This document shows, one piece after another, positions 17,058 to 24,835 of a DNA stretch of 28,576 nt. Position 1 is the stretch's first letter, and the number at the start of each line of letters is the position of its first letter. Under the pieces are notes generated by a model. It had not been told where the DNA came from, did no database searches, and saw nothing but the letters and a program-made list of their open reading frames with translations. The translations under genes and the position numbers were made by a program. Source of the DNA: Planctomycetota bacterium (GTDB lineage Bacteria > Planctomycetota > Phycisphaerae > Phycisphaerales > UBA1924); assembly GCA_038534175.1 (NCBI GenBank), contig JBCAXI010000001.1:1-28576 (forward strand), in the 5' to 3' direction.

Positions 17058-18752
17058 TCACTCGCGGTCGCGGGGAAAGCCGATGTACCCGTGCCCGACG
17101 CCGTGGTAGCGCCCGCGTTTGTGGTCGCCCTCGATGTCGCCCAGGTAGTCCACGTTGCCGACGCCGAAGGCGTCTTCCCACTGGCCCTTCGTGCCCCCGA
17201 TGAGCACCGCCGTGCGTCCGCCCAGGCGTTCCAGATCGCCCAGGTCGGTGTCGGGCCAATAGTCGTACTGCGTGCGCCGCCCGACCATGTAGCTCGAGGC
17301 GCAGTAGACCAGCGGCTGGTCGGGCAGGTAAAAGGCGAGCTGCGAGGCCCGCCCGTAGTGCTGCCCGATCAGCAGTGGGGGGGCGCCCGTCTGCGACTCG
17401 ACCTTCTCGCGCAGCGTCTGGATCGATCGGGCGACGCCCGGCGCCGAGGTCAGGCGCCCGATCATCGACGAGGCCTCCACCGGCTCGTCCTTGATGATCG
17501 AGAGGACCCGCGCCGCGCCCGGCGCGAGCCAGTCGGCACGCAGCATGCCATGCCCGGCGATCAGCCCGTACCCGATCGTGAAGTGCCACGCGATCTGACG
17601 GTGCGTCTCGGGCTTGGCCCGCAGGATGCCTCGCTTGGGCCGCGGCTCGGGCAGCCGCTCCCACCGCGCCACGCGCTTGCCGTACGTCGTCATCGCGTCC
17701 ACCACGCCCCAGCCGGCCAGCGCGACGAGCGTGACATAGCCCGCGGCGGGCCAGTTGCCCTCCACGCGCGTGAGGAACGACACGCCCAAGTAGAACAGCA
17801 GCATCGGCGCCGCCATCACGATCAGAAACAGGCGCCTCGGCCAGCGGTCGTCGCCCTCGTGCGCGCGCCAGGCGCGCCCGGCCGAGTACAGCGCCAGCAG
17901 CAACGCGGGGCCCACCAGCACAAGCTGCACGCCCACAAACTCGAGGGTCCAGGCCGGGCTGTAGTGGTACCCGCTGGCGTGCTGCGACTGATCGGGCGGC
18001 ACGTCGCCCCCGGGCAGGCCCAGATGTCCCAGCAGGTGGCGCACCGTCGGCCAGCCCTCCTGTGCGTTCCAGATGAGCACCGGCGAGATCGCCAGGCCAA
18101 ACGCGATGACAGCCGTGAGCAGCCCGAGCGCCGCGCGGGGCGAGCGTTCCACTCGCCCGCGCGCCATCCACGCGTACAGCGCCAGCGCGGGCGGGAGCAG
18201 CAGCATCGTGTACTTGAACAAGAACCCCAGCCCGAGCGTGAGCCCGAGTAACGGCCAGCCCGCGAACGAGCCGCGCGCGAGCGCTCGGTATCCATAGAAG
18301 CACGCCGCGGCCCAGCATGCGACGTACGGCCCGTCGATCGTCATCAGGATGCCCAGCGCCTGGAAGAGCGGGACCAAGTGGAAGATCGCTGCGGCGAAGA
18401 AGCCCGCGCGATGATCGCCCGAGACCTCACGCGCCAGCCGCGCGATGAAGTACGCCGCGATCGCGCCGAACAGCGCCGCGCCCGCGCGCACGCCGAACGC
18501 CGTGTCGCCGATGATCGAGGTCGTCGCGGCGATGACCCACGCCACCCCTGGACCCTTGGTGTAGTACGACAGCGCCGGACGCCGCGCCCACTCCCAGTAG
18601 TGCGCCTCGTCCTCGATGAGCGCGTACGGGCACGCGAACGCCAGATAGAGCAGGCGGACGAGCACCACGCCGAAGATCAGCGCGAGCGTCGGCCACCAAG
18701 ATCGAGCCCAGGCGGCGTACGGCCGAATCGGTGTGGCGTCGCGCGGTGACAC
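17058..18752 (-). CDS. ArnT/PMT-like GT-C glycosyltransferase (GT39/GT83-like)
   Basis: DEAHYWEWARRPALSYYTKGPGVAW, FGVR, MTIDGPY..CW, GLGFLFKY, SPVLIWNAQEGW; multiple TM segments. Confidence 0.88.
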   Translation of the reverse strand: MSPRDATPIRPYAAWARSWWPTLALIFGVVLVRLLYLAFACPYALIEDEAHYWEWARRPALSYYTKGPGVAWVIAATTSIIGDTAFGVRAGAALFGAIAAYFIARLAREVSGDHRAGFFAAAIFHLVPLFQALGILMTIDGPYVACWAAACFYGYRALARGSFAGWPLLGLTLGLGFLFKYTMLLLPPALALYAWMARGRVERSPRAALGLLTAVIAFGLAISPVLIWNAQEGWPTVRHLLGHLGLPGGDVPPDQSQHASGYHYSPAWTLEFVGVQLVLVGPALLLALYSAGRAWRAHEGDDRWPRRLFLIVMAAPMLLFYLGVSFLTRVEGNWPAAGYVTLVALAGWGVVDAMTTYGKRVARWERLPEPRPKRGILRAKPETHRQIAWHFTIGYGLIAGHGMLRADWLAPGAARVLSIIKDEPVEASSMIGRLTSAPGVARSIQTLREKVESQTGAPPLLIGQHYGRASQLAFYLPDQPLVYCASSYMVGRRTQYDYWPDTDLGDLERLGGRTAVLIGGTKGQWEDAFGVGNVDYLGDIEGDHKRGRYHGVGHGYIGFPRDRE

Positions 18753-18769
18753 GGGCGGATTGTTGCCTC

Positions 18770-20431
18770 TCAGTGCCGCGCGAGCCCGCGGAACGCCACC
18801 AGCGTGTACGCCGCCAGCCCGATCACCCCGCCCCAGAGCAGCGGAAGCCCGATCGCGCCGGATTTATGCACGATCTGCTGCCCCGACGAGATCGTGATCA
18901 CCGCCGCCAGCGCGGGGAAGAACGACCACAGGTAGACCGTCAGGGGCAGGGCGTTGGCCAGGCGCATCGCCATCACCGCCCCCGTGAGCACCATCACCAG
19001 GCACGCCGCCGCCATCGCCATGCGCTCGTGCTGCTTGCTCGTGATCTCGCGCGAGAGCTTGGCCAGCCGCTTCTCCAGATCGCGGTAGGGGGGGGCCATG
19101 AACGGATCGGGCGTCGCGACCTCCACCCGCGGCGCGGCCGCCGCCAGCAGATCCGCCGACGACAGATCCATCAGCTCCGGCATCGGATTCGGACGGATCG
19201 TCACGCCGTTCCACGTGCGCGCGGCCAGCGTGCCGCTGTTCTCCGCGTCCGACGCGCCGCTCCGCGCCGTGTAGTCCTGCAGCGTGAGATCGAAGCTGAG
19301 CTCACGCGACTTGCGGTCGGTGCCGAGGCGGACGTTCAGCGTGGCGCGCTCGGCCTCAAAGATCGGCGCAGCGCCGGTGGTCGGGTCGGGCGCCCACTCC
19401 GCGGTGATCGGGCGACCCGGCGCGGCCACGAACATCCACGTGTTCTGCCCGGGGTCGTACCGGATCGCGCGGGCCCGGATGCGCACGATCCGTCCGGTCT
19501 CGTCGGCGAGGCTCGCCGCCCCCTCGCCCCGGAACGCGCGCTCCAGTGACTCGAGCGAGCGCCGCGCCCCGAGATGCACCGCCAGCGCGCGTCGGCGTTG
19601 CTCCACGAAGCTCATGCGTCGTGGCTCGTCGCGCAGGCGACGCAGCTCGCCGAACGTCAGGAACTTCGGATCATCGCTGAACGCGTCGGGCAGGCGCCAC
19701 GCCAGCTCCACGTCGCCCGTCTCGATGTAGCCCTCGTCCTCGGCGTTGCCGACCACGCCCTCCATACGCATCACGATCGTGCCCTCGCCCTCGATGGGGC
19801 GATCGCGGTAGTACCACACGTGCGCCAGCTCTGCCTGCGCCTCGCTCTCGACCTTGCCGCCGTCGCCCAGCTGCAGCGCGACCACCCGCTCGAGGATCAG
19901 GTAGTGGTCCGCCCCCTCCGGCGGCGGGCGCTCGAAGACGCGGTCGGCGGCGATCATCAGGTCGCCCTGCGCGACCGCGTCCCCGCGCTCGAACGACTTG
20001 ACCATGAGCTTCATCGCGTCGTCGGTCACCATCTCCTCGATCCCGCGCAGGAATCGCGGGATGACCTGCTCGTTCAGCGCCACCAGCCCGCCCGAGAGCA
20101 GCAAGCCGGAGATCGCCGCGGGCACGAGGAGCGAGCGGTGGCTCACGCCCCCCGCGGCGCACGCGGTGACCTCGAGGTCCTGCGCCATGCGGTGGTAGGT
20201 GATCGTCGCGCTGAAGCCCGCGGCGAAGGGCAGGGCGTATTGCAGCATCGGCACGGTCGCGAGCAGCATCAGCCGGGGCACGTCGCTCGGTCCGATCTTG
20301 CCCGCGGCCATCAGCTGCACCGCCAAGGCGAACGCGATCACCGCGACGAGAATCGCCGTGGTCAGCGCGAGCACACGCCACAGCTCGACGAGCGTGTGCT
20401 TCCAGAGCGTGGTGGGCAGGCGTGTGCGCAC
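18770..20431 (-). CDS. lptF: LptF/LptG family permease (LptF-like)
   Basis: YALPFAAGFSATITYHRMAQDLEVTACAAGGVS, a large periplasmic domain and EITSKQHERMAMAAACLVMVLTGAVM followed by C-terminal TM helices. It is the first of the two permeases in transcription order. Confidence 0.8.
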   Translation of the reverse strand: MRTRLPTTLWKHTLVELWRVLALTTAILVAVIAFALAVQLMAAGKIGPSDVPRLMLLATVPMLQYALPFAAGFSATITYHRMAQDLEVTACAAGGVSHRSLLVPAAISGLLLSGGLVALNEQVIPRFLRGIEEMVTDDAMKLMVKSFERGDAVAQGDLMIAADRVFERPPPEGADHYLILERVVALQLGDGGKVESEAQAELAHVWYYRDRPIEGEGTIVMRMEGVVGNAEDEGYIETGDVELAWRLPDAFSDDPKFLTFGELRRLRDEPRRMSFVEQRRRALAVHLGARRSLESLERAFRGEGAASLADETGRIVRIRARAIRYDPGQNTWMFVAAPGRPITAEWAPDPTTGAAPIFEAERATLNVRLGTDRKSRELSFDLTLQDYTARSGASDAENSGTLAARTWNGVTIRPNPMPELMDLSSADLLAAAAPRVEVATPDPFMAPPYRDLEKRLAKLSREITSKQHERMAMAAACLVMVLTGAVMAMRLANALPLTVYLWSFFPALAAVITISSGQQIVHKSGAIGLPLLWGGVIGLAAYTLVAFRGLARH

Positions 20432-20458
20432 AGGGGGATCCGTCCAGCGTTGGCGGGC

Positions 20459-22051
20459 CTAGGCCCGCGTGACCTCGACCTTGCCACCGGCGACGTCCTT
20501 GATCGCCAGCCCCATCGCGGAGAGCTCATCGCGGATGCGATCGGAGGTCGCGAAGTCCTTGCTCGCTCGCGCGGCCGCGCGCTCCTCCAGCAGCGCGACC
20601 ACCCGCTCGTCCGACTCCACGCCCACAAACACACCGATGGACGTCTCGGCCGACTCGGCCTGGGCGAGATCGAGCACGCCGAGCACGCCGTCGAACGTGC
20701 GCATCAGCTCGGCGTCGGCGCGCGTTGGCCGCTCGGTGGCGCCGATCCACTTGTTGATCTCGCCGATCGCCCCGGCGATGTTGAGGTCGTCCTGCAGGCG
20801 GCTCGTGACCGCATCGCGCGTTGCGGCGTTGGGCTCGCCCGGCGATTCCGAGGCCTCGCCCTGGGCAACGAACCGGCGCCATCGCTCGACGGTGCGCGCC
20901 GAGTCCTTGAGCCCCTGCGCCCGGAAGTCGAGGTTGTTGCGGTAGTGCGCGCCGATCAGCTCAAGTCGGATAGCCGCCGGCTCGTGCCCCTCGCCGAGGA
21001 GCTGGCGCACCGTGAAGAAGTTGCCCTTGCGCTTGGACATCTTCTCCCCCTCGACGAAGAGGAATCGCGCGTGGAACCAGTGCCGCGCGAACGTCGGCGC
21101 GCCGGTCGCCGCGCACGACTGCGCCACCTCGCACTCGTGGTGCGGGAAGATGTTGTCCTCGCCGCCGGAGTGCAGGTCGATGTCCGGGCGATCGAACGTC
21201 GCGCCCCCCTCGCGCAGGCCCGCGAGCCGCGCGAGCGACATCGCCGAGCACTCGATGTGCCAGCCGGGGTACCCCTCGCCCCACGGGCTGGGCCAGCGCA
21301 TGAGGTGCGACGCGTCGGCCTTCCACAGCATGAAGTCGGCGGGGTGCTTCTTCTGCGACTGATTCGTCTCGCTCACACGCCCGCCGGCGCCAACGCTCAG
21401 CGCCTCGATCGTGTTGTTGCTCAGCGCCCCGTACCGCTCGAACGCGTCGACGTCGAAGTACACCGCCTGCTCGCCCGGCTCGCCCACCGCATAGGCGGCG
21501 CCGCGCTCGATCAGCCGCGTGATCATCTCGATCATCTGTGGCACGTGCGCCGTGGCCCGCGGCAGGAGCGAGGCGTCGCGCTGGCCCTCGATCGCGACCT
21601 TGAGCCCCACCGCGGCGCCGTCCTCGATGAATCGCTGCGCGTAGAACTCGGCGATCGCGTGCGGGTCGCTCGGGTCCACGCTCGCGTCGGGCGGGAGCTT
21701 GCCGGACTTCTTGGCCTCGAGCAGGCGCTGGCCGGCCTGGGCCATCTTGTCCTCGCCCCCGCCGTCGGCCGCCGCGTCGTCGGTCATGTGCCCGACGTCG
21801 GTGATGTTCATGACGTGCACGACCTCGCGCGGGCCGCGGTGCTCGGCGCCGTCGGGGCCTTGCAGTGCGCATAGCGGCGACTCGATCCAACGCCGCAGCA
21901 CATCGGCGGCGAGGAACGAGCGGAAGTTGCCGATATGCGAGTCGTCGTAGACCGTCGGCCCGCAGCTATAGAAAGTCACACACGCCGGATCAGCGGGCAC
22001 GAACACCTCTTCGCGCCGGGTCATCGTGTTGTGCAGCCGCAGCACGCCCAT
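20459..22051 (-). CDS. cysS: cysteine--tRNA ligase
   Basis: LHNTMTR, YSCGPTVYD..HIGNFR, NITDVGH, DFMLWK, W.SPWGEGYPGWHIECSAMS, DLHSGGEDNIFPHHECE and KMSKR.GNF. Confidence 0.97.
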   Translation of the reverse strand: MGVLRLHNTMTRREEVFVPADPACVTFYSCGPTVYDDSHIGNFRSFLAADVLRRWIESPLCALQGPDGAEHRGPREVVHVMNITDVGHMTDDAAADGGGEDKMAQAGQRLLEAKKSGKLPPDASVDPSDPHAIAEFYAQRFIEDGAAVGLKVAIEGQRDASLLPRATAHVPQMIEMITRLIERGAAYAVGEPGEQAVYFDVDAFERYGALSNNTIEALSVGAGGRVSETNQSQKKHPADFMLWKADASHLMRWPSPWGEGYPGWHIECSAMSLARLAGLREGGATFDRPDIDLHSGGEDNIFPHHECEVAQSCAATGAPTFARHWFHARFLFVEGEKMSKRKGNFFTVRQLLGEGHEPAAIRLELIGAHYRNNLDFRAQGLKDSARTVERWRRFVAQGEASESPGEPNAATRDAVTSRLQDDLNIAGAIGEINKWIGATERPTRADAELMRTFDGVLGVLDLAQAESAETSIGVFVGVESDERVVALLEERAAARASKDFATSDRIRDELSAMGLAIKDVAGGKVEVTRA

Positions 22052-22058
22052 GAGGCGG

Positions 22059-22064
22059 AGTGTA
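22059..22064 (-). promoter_or_regulatory. putative -10 hexamer for leaderless cysS
   Basis: TACACT 7 nt before ATG 22051, no SD. Confidence 0.6.
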
Positions 22065-22086
22065 CGGCCCGAGATCGGCGGGCCGG

Positions 22087-22455
22087 TCAGCCCACCGCCT
22101 CTGTGCCCCGCACGCCGTCGCGGATGCGCACGCAGTCCACCAGATCGATCACAAGGATCTTGCCGGCGCCCGGCCCGGTGTCGTCCACGGTCTCGGGGCT
22201 CTCTCCATCGCGGGCGCCGGTGACGATCGCCTCGATCGCACGATCGAGGTGGTCATCGTTGACCGCGATCTCCATGCGCACGCGTGGCAACAGGTCGATC
22301 TGGACCTCTTGCCCTCGGTAGCGCTCGCGGTACCCGCGCTCGGCGCCACAGCCGCGGGCATTGCCCACGCTGAACTTGGTGACGTCGGCCTTCACGAGGC
22401 AGTGCTTGACGTCACCGAGCCGCTCGGGGCGGATGTAGGCGATGATGAGTTTCAC
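22087..22455 (-). CDS. glnK: P-II family nitrogen regulator (atypical)
   Basis: The true start is GTG 22455 with aggagg SD 5 nt upstream (the ORF track start at 22884 lies inside amt). 122 aa, ungapped against E. coli GlnB over residues 1-84 (G35, G37, G41, YRG46-48, E50, LP56-57) with C-terminal GK and RIR. Named glnK because it is linked to amt. Confidence 0.88.
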   Translation of the reverse strand: MKLIIAYIRPERLGDVKHCLVKADVTKFSVGNARGCGAERGYRERYRGQEVQIDLLPRVRMEIAVNDDHLDRAIEAIVTGARDGESPETVDDTGPGAGKILVIDLVDCVRIRDGVRGTEAVG

Positions 22456-22516
22456 GCGTGTTCCTCCTGTGGCTCGGCGTTTGATCGCCAATGCGGAATG
22501 GCCGACCTCGTGCGCT

Positions 22517-23869
22517 CTAGTCGGTGAGATAGATCTGGAAGCCGCTGTAGGCCTCCTGGTCGTGCTCGCCCAGGTCGAGCCCGCGGAGTTCCTCTTCGCG
22601 GCTGACGCGCAGGCCCACGGTGAGCCGGATGATCCAGAACAGCGCAAACGCCGCGGGGAAGCACGCCGCCGCCACCGCGAGCACACCGACGAGCTGCGCG
22701 ACGATGTCCATGCCCTCGGCGAAGAGCCCCACGGCGAGTGTGCCCCAGATGCCGCAGACGAGGTGCACGCTGATCGCGCCGACCGGGTCATCGAGCTTGA
22801 GCAGATCGAGCCCGACCACGCTGACGACGACCAGCCCGCCCGCGATCGCGCCGACGAGCACGGCCCAGTGCACGGGGATGACATCGGCGCCCGCGGTGAT
22901 GCCCACGAGCCCCGCGAGCGCGCCGTTGAGTGTCATGGAGAGATCGGGCGTCTTCAGCAGCACCTGGGCCGTGAGCCCCGCGCCGACGACGCCGGCGCAG
23001 CCCGCGAGCATCGTGGTGACGAACACGTACGAGACCGCGGCGGGATCGCCCGAGAGCACCGACCCGCCATTGAATCCGAACCAGCCGAACCAGAGCAGGA
23101 ACACGCCGATGGTCGCCAGGGGCATGTTGTGCCCCATGATCGGCTTGGTCTGCACGCCGTACTTGCCCGTGCGCGCGCCGAGCACGATCACGCCGGCTAG
23201 GGCGGCCCAACCGCCCACGGAGTGCACGAGCGTCGAGCCGGCGAAGTCGTAGAACGCCGCGTCGACGAACGCCACGCGCTCGTGCAGCGTGTGCAGCCAG
23301 CCCTCGCCCCACTTCCAGAAGCCCACGACCGGGTAGACGATCGCGACGTACACCACGCTGAAGAGGAGGAACGGGTACAGCTTGATGCGCTCGGCGACGG
23401 CGCCCGAGACGATCGTCGCCGCCGTCGCGGCGAACATCGCCTGGAAGATGAACTCGGCCCAACGCGTGTACGCCCCGGCGGCATAGCCAACGCCTTGCTG
23501 CGCATCGGTCGCGCCGACGCCGAAGCCGCTCCACGCGAACCACCCGCCCCCGAGGTCATTGCCATACATGAGGCTGAAGCCCATGAGCGCGTAGCTGAGC
23601 GTGCCGAGCGCCACGATCGCGATGTTCTTGAACAGGATGTTGACCGCGTTCTTCGCGCGCGTCAGCCCCGTCTCGAGGCACGCGAAGCCGAGGTGCATCA
23701 CGAACACGAGAATGGTCGCGACGAGCAGCCACAGGTTGTTGGCGGTGAACGCCGCCATCGCGGCGGTGTCGATCGCGTGGGCCCACGCCGAGTCGAGCGC
23801 GGGATCAAGCCCGTTTCCATCCAACGGAACCGCCGGCGCCGCGACGGCGCCCAATAGCAACAACGACAT
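22517..23869 (-). CDS. amtB: ammonium transporter (Amt family)
   Basis: GFACLETG..RAKN..NIL, FQAMFAA...IVSGAVAER, DFAGSTLVH (first conserved His), WFGWFGFNGGS, DDPVGAISVH (second His) and LRVSREEELRGLDLGEH. SD ggaggg upstream. Confidence 0.96.
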   Translation of the reverse strand: MSLLLLGAVAAPAVPLDGNGLDPALDSAWAHAIDTAAMAAFTANNLWLLVATILVFVMHLGFACLETGLTRAKNAVNILFKNIAIVALGTLSYALMGFSLMYGNDLGGGWFAWSGFGVGATDAQQGVGYAAGAYTRWAEFIFQAMFAATAATIVSGAVAERIKLYPFLLFSVVYVAIVYPVVGFWKWGEGWLHTLHERVAFVDAAFYDFAGSTLVHSVGGWAALAGVIVLGARTGKYGVQTKPIMGHNMPLATIGVFLLWFGWFGFNGGSVLSGDPAAVSYVFVTTMLAGCAGVVGAGLTAQVLLKTPDLSMTLNGALAGLVGITAGADVIPVHWAVLVGAIAGGLVVVSVVGLDLLKLDDPVGAISVHLVCGIWGTLAVGLFAEGMDIVAQLVGVLAVAAACFPAAFALFWIIRLTVGLRVSREEELRGLDLGEHDQEAYSGFQIYLTD

Positions 23870-23905
23870 CGTGCGTTCCCTCCGCGTCCGGTCCCGGACC
23901 GCGAG

Positions 23906-23933
23906 AGACTAGCGACGCGTCTGGTTCTCGCAA
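23906..23933 (-). promoter_or_regulatory. putative sigma-70-type promoter of amt-glnK
   Basis: Minus strand TTGCGA (23933-23928) - 16 nt - TAGTCT (23911-23906), 36 nt upstream of the amt ATG. Confidence 0.45.
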
Positions 23934-24003
23934 GAGGTGTGGCGCGATGTTGGGTGACGCGGGGCGAGCTGGGGCGAAGGCCCCATCACCATATTTCATA
24001 ACA

Positions 24004-24696
24004 TTAGAACGGGCGCTTCACCGGATTGATCACCAGGTTGTCGCGCCCGCAGATGAGGACATCGGCGATCTCGATCGCCTCTTGGAACGACTCCCGCGCC
24101 AATTCCACGTCGTGCGCGAACGCCGCGACGCGTCCCGCCGCCAGGTGCTCGCCGGTCAGCACCGCGTCGCCCGCGATGAGCGTCGTGCGCGACGCCTCCT
24201 CCACGAGCAGGCCCGTCAGCCCGGGCGACACGCCCGGAAGCGGGAACAACGCGACGCGCGAGCCCAGCCGATCCGGCGCCGGGCGCGTTCGCTGCAAGAC
24301 CGAGATCTCCCGCTCCAGCGAGGGCTTGAGCTCCACGCCGATCGCATCGGCGGCGCCCTCGGCGATCCGCTTGAGCTCCATCGCCAGCGGCGCCCCGACC
24401 GCTTCCCGCTCGCGCTCGGCGATCCACCAGTCCGCCTCGTCGAATAATCCCAGCCCCCGCGTCGTGTCCGGCGCGAAGCGCGTGATGAAGACGTCCGTGA
24501 TCGCCTCGGGCCTCAGGTTGGCCCGCTCACCCAGCCGGGCCGACAGCGCCTCCGGTGGCAGGCCCGGATCGACCAGGATCAACCGATCCTCGTCGCGAAT
24601 GAGCGTCGTCGTCGCGTGCCCGGTGCGCACGCCCTTCCGCTCATCCCACAGGTCATTCGCCGACAACGTCCCGATCGAGATCACGCTCGCGTCCAT
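24004..24696 (-). CDS. metallo-beta-lactamase-fold protein lacking metal-binding histidines
   Basis: Start moved from 25113 to ATG 24696. TTTLIR..DRLILVDPG, ITDVFIT, WWIAERE, LFPLPG.SPG..GLL, TLIAGDAV and ADVLICG.DN follow the MBL layout, but HxHxDH reads RFAPDT. Confidence 0.75.
   Translation of the reverse strand: MDASVISIGTLSANDLWDERKGVRTGHATTTLIRDEDRLILVDPGLPPEALSARLGERANLRPEAITDVFITRFAPDTTRGLGLFDEADWWIAEREREAVGAPLAMELKRIAEGAADAIGVELKPSLEREISVLQRTRPAPDRLGSRVALFPLPGVSPGLTGLLVEEASRTTLIAGDAVLTGEHLAAGRVAAFAHDVELARESFQEAIEIADVLICGRDNLVINPVKRPF
24601..24696 (-). repeat. MBL-gene 5' end, intact copy (homologous to 26111-26206)
   Basis: Ungapped alignment at offset 1510 with start codons coinciding; about 62/95 nt and 21/32 aa identical (hand count). 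Confidence 0.85.
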
Positions 24697-24702
24697 GTGG
24701 AG

Positions 24703-24708
24703 ATCGTA
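24703..24708 (-). promoter_or_regulatory. putative -10 hexamer for leaderless MBL-fold gene
   Basis: TACGAT 6 nt before ATG 24696, no SD. Confidence 0.55.
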
Positions 24709-24835
24709 ACGGTCGATCGGCCTCCGCTTGTCTCTCTTCTCGTTTCGAGCACCCATTCCGATGCGTAACTCGGACATCGCGGGTGGTTGGCGCGGCGTCG
24801 GTCGCATGGCATGGTGCGATCCACGGAGGTGAGCG

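Noticed and set aside
18759-18764. AACAAT 6 nt before the GT-C gene GTG as another leaderless -10 box
   Set aside because: It lacks the first T of TAnnnT, so it was not counted.
572-21658. At least eight GCGATCGC octamers (the cyanobacterial HIP1 sequence), e.g. 572, 5574, 8319, 12905, 14588, 16510, 18457, 21651
   Set aside because: All lie in coding sequence and are explained by common codon strings such as Ala-Ile-Ala. A codon-aware null model would be needed, and the gene content is not cyanobacterial.
23940-23955. tggcgc-gatgt-tggg, resembling a sigma-54 -24/-12 site near amt
   Set aside because: It is in the wrong orientation for amt and the -12 element does not match TTGC.
23989-24007. 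AT-rich patch upstream of amt as a possible GlnR/TnrA/NtcA box
   Set aside because: It matches neither TGTNA-N7-TNACA nor GTA-N8-TAC, and it overlaps the MBL stop codon.
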